32,000 bases of DNA, taken from the NCBI RefSeq assembly GCF_000012545.1, contig NC_007681.1, positions 1,735,404 to 1,767,403 on the forward strand, read 5' to 3'. Positions 25,167-32,000 of this stretch are shown in pieces. The translations under genes and the position numbers were made by a program. Origin of the DNA: Methanosphaera stadtmanae DSM 3091 (GTDB lineage Archaea > Methanobacteriota > Methanobacteria > Methanobacteriales > Methanobacteriaceae). The number at the start of each line of letters is the position of its first letter. The stretch's first letter is position 1. Below the pieces are notes generated by a model. That model was not told the DNA's origin, did no database searches, and saw only the letters and a list, made by a program, of their open reading frames with translations.

Positions 25167-26267
25167 TTATTCATCTAATTCAAAGTTACGATTAAAATCT
25201 AAATTTCTAGTTTTATAAATTGTAGAACGTCTAAGTTTTAATAATGCTTTTTTCTTAGTTTTAAAATCATTCATAGAATGAATATTATCTTTTACATAGT
25301 CAAGTACTTCATCTACAACTTCATCTTTATGTATCCAATTACAATTACTACAATTCCACACATTCTTTCCTTCTATCCATTTTCCACCAGTTGATCCATC
25401 AGCACATGGATAGAATGGACAGAAACAGAATGTACAATTTTCTTGATTATTATGACATGGGAAATATTCACAATCAGTGTTAGGACCAATCTGTATATCC
25501 CCTTTAAAGAATTTTTCATAGAATTGTTCTGTTAACTCAGGTAACTTAGCATCCATTTTATAACCCCTTGGAGTTATCATTTTACCTTTTTTAACATAAG
25601 TCATTGAATTTCCAACAATGATTGTTGTAAACATGTCAATATCCTGAGTTCTTAAATCTTTTAATTTACAAATATTTGTTAAAGTTTCAACTCCATCCTT
25701 TGTTGTAACAATACCAACAGGTGTTTCAGGATTTCTATTTTCTAATAAAGTATCACATGCTACTTCAAATGGTTCTGTTCTAGATTTACTCTTAGGATTG
25801 TAGAATGCTATTACTAAATCTGCTATTGCAGCATGTTTTATTTTTCTTTGAATTTCATCAAGTGGAGTTAATAAATTACTAAGACTAATAATTGCAAGAT
25901 CATGTAATGGAGCTCCAAGTGCACTTGCTGAGTATGTTGCTGCTGTTACACCAGGTATTACCTCAAATTCAAGGTCAGGATATTTATCAATTATCTGAAA
26001 ATATACATTTGCCATACCATAAATTCCAGGATCTCCAGAACTTATAATTGCCACTTGTAAACCTTCTTTTTCCTTTTCAACAGCCAATTCTACCCTTTGC
26101 ATTTCATCTCCCATACCTCTACTATGTACTTCTTTTCCTTCTAGCAAATCCTGAATATGTGTAAGATATGGATGATATGCAATTACTACATCAGCTTCCT
26201 TTATTCTATCTACTGCTTTTAGAGTTATGTGTTCTCTTTTTGAACCTATCCCTATTAAACTAATCAT
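25167..26267 (-). CDS. cbiH: Cobalt-factor III / precorrin-3B C17-methyltransferase fused to a C-terminal Cys-rich (probable Fe-S) domain
   Basis: Tetrapyrrole methylase motifs (LIGIGSK..., SSGDPGIYGMA, PGVTAA). The C-terminal ~90 aa are CEYFPCHNNQENCTFCFCPFYPCADGSTGGKW...WNCSNCNWIH. I chose the start at 26267 (MISLIGIG) because GGAGG lies 9 nt upstream; the track start is 26306. Confidence 0.85.
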   Translation of the reverse strand: MISLIGIGSKREHITLKAVDRIKEADVVIAYHPYLTHIQDLLEGKEVHSRGMGDEMQRVELAVEKEKEGLQVAIISSGDPGIYGMANVYFQIIDKYPDLEFEVIPGVTAATYSASALGAPLHDLAIISLSNLLTPLDEIQRKIKHAAIADLVIAFYNPKSKSRTEPFEVACDTLLENRNPETPVGIVTTKDGVETLTNICKLKDLRTQDIDMFTTIIVGNSMTYVKKGKMITPRGYKMDAKLPELTEQFYEKFFKGDIQIGPNTDCEYFPCHNNQENCTFCFCPFYPCADGSTGGKWIEGKNVWNCSNCNWIHKDEVVDEVLDYVKDNIHSMNDFKTKKKALLKLRRSTIYKTRNLDFNRNFELDE

Positions 26268-26498
26268 TAAAAATGTCCTCCTTATTAAGTATTTATCATA
26301 ATACATTAGAAATTAAAATCTTTAAAGATATAATATAATAAAAAAATACTGTATTAATGTTGAATAATAATGTATTCTTCATATTATTTATTATTAAGCC
26401 TGATAATTTCCAAAAAAGTAGATTTTTAGTAGATATAAATTTAATTATGTAAATATTATGAAAAAAAGAATTAAAAAAAAGAAATGAAAAAATAATAC

Positions 26499-27134
26499 TT
26501 ATGCTCGTGCCCTACTTAAATTATTAGTATTTTGAACAGCTGTTGTATTATTATAAACCCCAGTAGTATTGTTACTATTTTTATCTGCAATATACTGTGA
26601 TATATTAGTTATATTTTTTCCACTGGTTTTATTATTTGATTGATCATATAAAACAATACTTTCTTTAAGAGATATTGATGTTGTATTAATTTTAACTTTA
26701 CCAGAAGAATATACTTCACCAATAGCAGTAGCAGTAATACTGTATGTTTGTTCAGGAGCTATTATAATTGCTCCACCAGATGATACTTGTACATCTTTTG
26801 ATGCTAAAGCTGTTATTGTAACTGTTTGATTTCCAGTATCATCACTTGAAACCTTCGCTGTAACAGAATTCAGATTAACACTCAAATTCGTTAAATTATT
26901 TAAAACTAAAGCTACATTCTCATTATTAGTTATATTTAATGTATTCTGATCTTTTAGATTTTTTTCACCAGTAAAAGAACCTATAAAATCTGAAGCTTCA
27001 TTTATTTGTACTGAAACCAATTCCACAGGATCAACATGACCTGAAGATATTAAAGTATACGATGCAAACAATCCAATTTCAAAAAATATGAAAATCCCTA
27101 CAACAAAAAGAAGAATCTTAAGTATCTTTGACAT
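26499..27134 (-). CDS. Hypothetical membrane-anchored Ser/Thr/Asn-rich protein
   Basis: 211 aa. N-terminal TM anchor ILKILLFVVGIFIFFEIGLFA. The remainder is polar and beta-rich-looking. GGGGGT SD upstream. Family not recognised. Confidence 0.55.
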   Translation of the reverse strand: MSKILKILLFVVGIFIFFEIGLFASYTLISSGHVDPVELVSVQINEASDFIGSFTGEKNLKDQNTLNITNNENVALVLNNLTNLSVNLNSVTAKVSSDDTGNQTVTITALASKDVQVSSGGAIIIAPEQTYSITATAIGEVYSSGKVKINTTSISLKESIVLYDQSNNKTSGKNITNISQYIADKNSNNTTGVYNNTTAVQNTNNLSRARA

Positions 27135-27279
27135 TAATTTACCCCCATAGTTTAATTAATATAAAATAGTATAATAACAGTTTATATTCTAATATTAATT
27201 TAAGTTAATTATAATATATATTATATATTATATTATTGAGATAAAAAAATATATAATTAAAAAAAATGTAGCTGATCTA

Positions 27280-28752
27280 ATGTCAAATGATATAATTAAA
27301 AAATTTCAAAAAGCACAACTGTTATTAAATAACAATGCTTATGCAGAAATCAAGGGAAATTCTGATTATGATTATCTAATTAATGAATTAATAGAATATA
27401 TTGAAGAAAATGAAAATGATCAGTATATCATCACTACACAAACTATAAGAAATTATCAAGAACAAGAAAAAAGAAGAATACATGAATCAATAATTGAAAA
27501 TCCAAAAACAAGAGAAATACGATCGAAACAAGAAACACCATACGAAGTAATACTTGATGTAACAAACAAATCATACACTGATGGAGATATTAATGATTTA
27601 AATAAGTACTTCAATAGTAGATATGATAAATTAAAGAAAATTATACAAGAAAATCCTGAATTTAAGAAAATAAATGAATTAAAAACTACAAAAACAAACA
27701 TTGATAATTTACAAGTTATTGGAATGATAAATAATATTAATAATACAAAAAATGGGCATAGAATAATAGAAATAGAAGATCCTACAGGTACTGGAAGTGT
27801 CATAATACTAAATGATAACGAAGATTTAATAAATAGTAGTCAGACACTTGTAAAAGATGAAGTTATTGGAGTTAGTGGTAGTACTAATGGAACATTAATA
27901 AGAGCAGATGAAATTGTACATCCAGGAATTCAAAGACATAAAATTATAGATAAAGACATGAATTTTTCAATAGTATTTATTTCAGATGTTCATATAGGTA
28001 GTAAACAATTTGATGAAGATTCATTTAATAGATTCATTAAATGGTTAAATGGAAATTATGGAAATCAAGAGCAACAAGACCTTGCAAACGATGTTAAATA
28101 CCTTGTTATTGGTGGAGACTTAGTTGATGGTATTGGAATCTATCCAAATCAAGAAAAGGAATTAAAAATTAAAGATATATATGAACAATATGCTGAAGCT
28201 GCACGCCTATTAGGTGATATTACAGATATTCCTATAATATTATCTCCAGGTAACCATGATGCTACACGTCTTGCAGAACCTCAACCTGCATTAACTGAGA
28301 AATATGCTAAAGATTTATGTAATCAGAAAAATATTGAAATGGTAAGTAATCCCTCAGTTGTTAACTTAGATAATATTAAAGTTCAAATATATCATGGTCG
28401 AAGTTTTGATGATATTGTTATGGCTTTAAATAATTATACACATGCAGATACTGATAAAATAATGCAATTGTTACTGGAAAAAAGACATCTTGCACCAATA
28501 TATGGTGAACGTACACCACTTGCAAGTGAATTTGAGGATTATCTTGTTATTGATGATATTCCTGATGTATTACATACAGGACATGTCCATATTAATTCTC
28601 ATACAAAATATAAAGGAGTTCATATGTTGAATTCTGGTACATTCCAAAAACAAACCGAGTTTCAGAAAATCTATAACATAGTACCTACATGTGCTCAAGT
28701 ACCAGTATTAAATCATGGAACATTACAGTTATTGGATTTTACTAAAGAATAG
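27280..28752 (+). CDS. polB: DNA polymerase II (PolD) small subunit DP1, Mre11-like phosphoesterase/exonuclease
   Basis: 490 aa. Calcineurin-like phosphoesterase motifs FISDVHIGS, VIGGDLVDGIG, SPGNHD, HTGHVH, preceded by an OB-like region. This is the typical DP1 layout. No DP2 gene is adjacent. Confidence 0.9.
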   Translation: MSNDIIKKFQKAQLLLNNNAYAEIKGNSDYDYLINELIEYIEENENDQYIITTQTIRNYQEQEKRRIHESIIENPKTREIRSKQETPYEVILDVTNKSYTDGDINDLNKYFNSRYDKLKKIIQENPEFKKINELKTTKTNIDNLQVIGMINNINNTKNGHRIIEIEDPTGTGSVIILNDNEDLINSSQTLVKDEVIGVSGSTNGTLIRADEIVHPGIQRHKIIDKDMNFSIVFISDVHIGSKQFDEDSFNRFIKWLNGNYGNQEQQDLANDVKYLVIGGDLVDGIGIYPNQEKELKIKDIYEQYAEAARLLGDITDIPIILSPGNHDATRLAEPQPALTEKYAKDLCNQKNIEMVSNPSVVNLDNIKVQIYHGRSFDDIVMALNNYTHADTDKIMQLLLEKRHLAPIYGERTPLASEFEDYLVIDDIPDVLHTGHVHINSHTKYKGVHMLNSGTFQKQTEFQKIYNIVPTCAQVPVLNHGTLQLLDFTKE

Positions 28753-28764
28753 GAGTTAGATTTT

Positions 28765-29343
28765 ATGGATAATAACATTATAGAAAATATAGTTAAAACA
28801 GCACATCATATTTATAATAAGGATATGATTATTGGAAAAGCAGGAAATATTAGTATAATTGATAAAAAAAGAGAATATATCTACATAACTGCTTCAGGAA
28901 CTGATTTTAAGAGTTTAAAATATTCTGATATTATTAAAGTAAAATTAGATGATTTATCATATGTTTCAAATGATGAAAAAGTTCCTTCAATGGAAACTAG
29001 TCTTCATATTGGTGTATATATTAATAGAAACGATGTAAACAGTGTTGTTCATGTTCATTCACCTTATGCAACTGCTTTTGCATTTAGTAATAAAAGATTA
29101 CGTCAACAGGAAGGTTTTGGTGAAATTACTGGTGAATATATTGCTGAAGTTGAATATTATACTCCGGGTAGTAAAAAATTAGCCTTGCATACAAGTAATG
29201 CATTGAAAGAAGAGGATGCAGTTTTATTAAAAAATCATGGTGTTATTACTGTGGGTAAAGATATTGATGAAGCTACACTTCTATGTGAATATATAGAAGG
29301 TATAGCTAAAACACAATATATTACACACACACTTAATCTTTAA
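28765..29343 (+). CDS. Class II aldolase/adducin-family protein (L-fuculose-phosphate aldolase-like)
   Basis: 192 aa. GNISI..., [45 protein letters not shown] present. Confidence 0.75.
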   Translation: MDNNIIENIVKTAHHIYNKDMIIGKAGNISIIDKKREYIYITASGTDFKSLKYSDIIKVKLDDLSYVSNDEKVPSMETSLHIGVYINRNDVNSVVHVHSPYATAFAFSNKRLRQQEGFGEITGEYIAEVEYYTPGSKKLALHTSNALKEEDAVLLKNHGVITVGKDIDEATLLCEYIEGIAKTQYITHTLNL

Positions 29344-29599
29344 CTGCTTCTAATTCACTTAAAATATTCCATATAAGAATTCTAGCATGTATAGGTATGT
29401 TTGGATCGTTACTTATATCATCTAGTATAGATATTACTGTACTAGCTTTGATTGTTGGTTCTTCATCTTTTGCTAAAAGATTTGTTGAATCTTCAGCTGC
29501 TTTTCTTATGTTTCTTGGTACACTTGTATCATTAATTATCTGTGATAAGATTTCTGTGCAGTTTGAAAAAATTTCTTCATTATTCATTATATCAGACAT
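29333..29599 (-). CDS. UPF0147-family small protein
   Basis: 88 aa. [17 protein letters not shown]...[33 protein letters not shown] matches the conserved archaeal UPF0147 pattern as I recall it. GGGAG SD. Its 3' end overlaps the convergent aldolase gene by 11 nt. Confidence 0.8.
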   Translation of the reverse strand: MSDIMNNEEIFSNCTEILSQIINDTSVPRNIRKAAEDSTNLLAKDEEPTIKASTVISILDDISNDPNIPIHARILIWNILSELEAVKD

Positions 29600-29796
29600 A
29601 GTTATACTCCCTAATAAAATTATTTTTACTTATTTAATTTTAATAAACAAAATAAAAGTTATAGCTCATTATATTAATAAAGAAAAAAGAAATAATTATT
29701 TTTTTATTCTATCTTTATTATTTTTTTTTATATATTATAGAACTTATGTAAAACATAATATATAAAAATAGGTTAAATTTTTTTAATATATATGCT

Positions 29797-29820
29797 TAAT
29801 TTACACTTGAAATATATCTT
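29797..29820 (-). repeat. Intergenic element, subtype 1, inverted copy
   Basis: taatttacacttgaaatatatctt is the exact reverse complement of 25041..25064. Core at 29801..29813. Confidence 0.8.
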
Positions 29821-29958
29821 TAAATAATTTTAAAGAAAAAATAAAAGTAAATAATCTAAAAAAACTTATAAAAAGAAATAATAAATTAAATACATGTTAA
29901 AAAAAGTTTAAATAATATCAAATAAATAATTTAAGAAAAATAAAAAAAAATAAAAAAT

Positions 29959-29986
29959 ATGTAAAAGACATGAATTTCAAGTGTAA
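29959..29986 (+). repeat. Intergenic element, subtype 2, 7 nt from the cbiG stop
   Basis: atgtaaaagacatgaatttcaagtgtaa. Core at 29974..29986. Aligns with 25111..25144. Confidence 0.75.
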
Positions 29987-29993
29987 CTTTTTT

Positions 29994-30980
29994 TTAGCCA
30001 TTCAATGATACTGCAATTGTAACACCATCATATGCTGTTTTTTTAAAGATTAAATGAGAATTATCATTTGCTATTAAACACGTTGGTTCACAAACACCCT
30101 TTACTCCAAATTGTTTCATAACAAAGTCTGACTTGGAACATTCCTCATTTTGATAAGTTTTAATAGAATCCATTGGTATTATTTTCAGAGATTTATTTAA
30201 TTGTTTTATATTTTCAAGTATTCCTACTTCATTTTTCTTAACATCAGCTGTTGCAAAAAAATCAATTCTTTCCACAGGTATTTCAAGTATTTTACATGCT
30301 TGTTCTATTGCATTTTTAACTTTAGATGGAGATATATTACGTCTTGCACCAATACCCATAACTAACTGTTTAAAAGTTAAAATAACTTCATGATTATCAT
30401 AGATGGATTTAATATAATCTATTTTATCATCAAAATGAATGTTATATGAACTTTTAATATTATCTGTTAATATATATGAATACTTATATGGAAGATATAA
30501 ATCAACAATTTTATTATCAACTAATGCTTTGTTAATGTATTGTATATTTTTAGGATATTTAATATGACAATAATAACGTTTTGCTATTGAATCAATACCT
30601 ATTTTATTATTCACATCAGTTGATGTGGTAATTACAGGTGTTGAATTGATAATAGATGCTATTTTTGTTGTTAAATCATTAGCTCCACCAATATGTCCAC
30701 TAAGAAGACTTATAACAAAATTACCATGATCATCAATTAATATCACCGCTGGATCTGATAATTTTGAATTTACATAGGGTGCAATGGATCTGATTATAAT
30801 TCCAGAAGCCATTATTGCTATAATACAATCATATTTATCAAAGATTTCTTTAACAGTACTTTTAATATTTTTATGATACTGTTGTATATGTAATATAAGT
30901 GGATTTTTTACTAAATTTTCATATAATTTATCAGAGATTATTTTACCTTGATTTGTAACAGATAATATTGCTATTTTCAT
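29994..30980 (-). CDS. cbiG: Cobalt-precorrin-5A hydrolase
   Basis: 328 aa. CbiG layout: N-terminal domain MKIAILSVTNQG..., middle domain, and a C-terminal domain with the VMGIGARRN motif. GGAGG SD present. 13 nt downstream of cbiB. Confidence 0.85.
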   Translation of the reverse strand: MKIAILSVTNQGKIISDKLYENLVKNPLILHIQQYHKNIKSTVKEIFDKYDCIIAIMASGIIIRSIAPYVNSKLSDPAVILIDDHGNFVISLLSGHIGGANDLTTKIASIINSTPVITTSTDVNNKIGIDSIAKRYYCHIKYPKNIQYINKALVDNKIVDLYLPYKYSYILTDNIKSSYNIHFDDKIDYIKSIYDNHEVILTFKQLVMGIGARRNISPSKVKNAIEQACKILEIPVERIDFFATADVKKNEVGILENIKQLNKSLKIIPMDSIKTYQNEECSKSDFVMKQFGVKGVCEPTCLIANDNSHLIFKKTAYDGVTIAVSLNG

Positions 30981-30993
30981 ATTAACATACCTC

Positions 30994-31953
30994 CTACATT
31001 AATAAGACTATAAATATTAAGTATATTACTAGAATTGTAATTATAAATAAAATAGAAGTTACTTTTGTTATGTTTATTGCTTGTGTTATTTTATCTTTAG
31101 TTAATTTATCAGTTCCATATCCTAATTCATAAACATTTTCCTTTGTTAACTTAATATTTAAAGCTCCTGCAGTTGCTGCCATAGAATAACCACTGTTAGG
31201 ACTTGGTGTTTTTAAAGCATACTTTTTCATAACATCATATGATTGTTTATAATCATATTTTAATATAAATGCTGCAAATATCACATAGTATCCAGTTATT
31301 CTTGCTGGAATGTAATTTAATAGATCATCTAGTTTTGCAGGATAATATCCTACATCAATTAATTCTTTTGTTTTATATCCAAGCATTGCATCCATTGTAT
31401 TTGATGCTCTATATATCATTGCAAATAGTATTGAAAAAAATATTCCAAATGGTAATCCAAGTAGTGCTGTGTAAAATAATGGTGAAATTATACTATCAGT
31501 AATATTTTCTGATAGTGTTTCTATTGCTGCTGATGTTATTCTAGACTCTGTTAATTGAGTAGTATCTCTACTTACAAGATATGACATTGATTTTCGTGCC
31601 TTATTAATATCTTCATTTAAATCATTTTGAATATCTTGTACTGATTTAATTAGGAAATTTATTGAGAATGTTGTTGATAGAATTAATGCTGCAAATATTA
31701 AGTATAACCATTGATTTATTAACATTAAAATAATCAGAAATAACAATGTAACTACTACAACAATAAAATTTGTTGTTAAAACTATTAAAAGTCCAGAAAA
31801 TCGTGTGTTAGGTAAATAATTCTTTAATCTTGAAATTATATTACCCATGTAAACTACTGGATGTATTTTTGTTGGAACTTCACCAAGTATCATATCAATT
31901 AGTATAGCTAGGAATATTATTGAAATTCCATATATTAAACTTTCATATATCAT
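30994..31953 (-). CDS. cbiB: Adenosylcobinamide-phosphate synthase (CobD/CbiB family membrane protein)
   Basis: 319 aa, polytopic. KIHPVVYMGNII, SPLFYTALLGLPFGI, PNSGYSMAATAGALNIKL are CbiB/CobD signatures. Confidence 0.9.
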   Translation of the reverse strand: MIYESLIYGISIIFLAILIDMILGEVPTKIHPVVYMGNIISRLKNYLPNTRFSGLLIVLTTNFIVVVVTLLFLIILMLINQWLYLIFAALILSTTFSINFLIKSVQDIQNDLNEDINKARKSMSYLVSRDTTQLTESRITSAAIETLSENITDSIISPLFYTALLGLPFGIFFSILFAMIYRASNTMDAMLGYKTKELIDVGYYPAKLDDLLNYIPARITGYYVIFAAFILKYDYKQSYDVMKKYALKTPSPNSGYSMAATAGALNIKLTKENVYELGYGTDKLTKDKITQAINITKVTSILFIITILVIYLIFIVLLM

Positions 31954-32000
31954 TATTACTATATTATTTTTTTTAAAGTATATAATAGAGGTGTATTTCA

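Noticed and set aside
29600-29993. Long A/T homopolymer-rich spacer (for example aaaaaaaaataaaaaa near 29941..29957), considered as a CRISPR leader/array or an rRNA/ncRNA gene.
   Set aside because: It has no regularly spaced direct repeats of CRISPR length, no cas genes, no C/D-box (RUGAUGA/CUGA) pairs and no recognisable structured-RNA motifs. Only the ATTTCAAGTGTAA-core copies stand out, and these are reported separately.
2026-31502. Many track ORFs lie antisense to or out of frame with well-supported genes: 2026..2217, 2106..2315, 3171..3443, 3681..3863, 4390..4716, 5876..6079, 6803..7036, 7100..7285, 11418..11624, 12311..12520, 14840..15085, 15584..15844, 16475..16681, 16877..17122, 18585..18791, 19263..19496, 22232..22438, 22904..23194, 23528..23791, 23542..23817, 24089..24406, 27456..27803, 29397..29765, 31269..31502.
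   Set aside because: Each is fully or largely contained in a longer ORF with clear family motifs on the other strand or frame. Their translations are low-complexity (Leu/Ile/Phe/Ser-rich), as expected from AT-rich shadow frames, and none has a convincing SD. 3681..3863 is just the antisense of the His-codon tract.
1-32000. Searched the whole window for a genomic island, prophage or defence locus.
   Set aside because: I found no integrase, transposase, phage structural genes, restriction-modification, toxin-antitoxin or cas signatures. The tRNA gene is not flanked by a direct repeat of its 3' end within the window.

Overview
This is a very AT-rich archaeal chromosomal segment. The gene content includes an archaeal-type ThrRS with an N-terminal editing domain, the PolD small subunit DP1, a Sec11-type signal peptidase, CbiX(S)-type chelatases, UPF0147 and an Asn/Lys/Thr-rich repeat surface protein. 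Together these point to a methanogen of the Methanobacteriales, probably Methanosphaera or Methanobrevibacter-like; this assignment is inference only. I support about 27 protein genes, one tRNA-Arg(TCG), one frameshifted Fe-S gene and several repeat families. I see no rRNA, CRISPR array, transposase or integrase. Housekeeping genes (thrS, argS, ilvD, lysA-dapF, DP1) are interleaved with three separate cobamide/tetrapyrrole loci: two cbiX paralogs, cbiH, and cbiB-cbiG. The observations most worth follow-up are: (1) a Soj-type ParA translationally coupled to a 106-aa protein that keeps only the ParB N-terminal LGRGLDAL peptide, preceded by an AAGTTAT(A) palindrome/repeat array; (2) a recurrent intergenic element with core ATTTCAAGTGTAA, present 4 times in two subtypes, two copies of which abut the 3' ends of cbiH and cbiG; (3) a covalently fused double CbiX plus a single His-rich CbiX, with clear nucleotide-level gene-conversion patches; (4) a lemA plus two DUF2207 membrane-protein cluster; (5) overlapping class-III-signal (pilin-like) genes at the left edge, one of them absent from the ORF track. 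All functional calls rest on motif recognition by eye; no database search was run.
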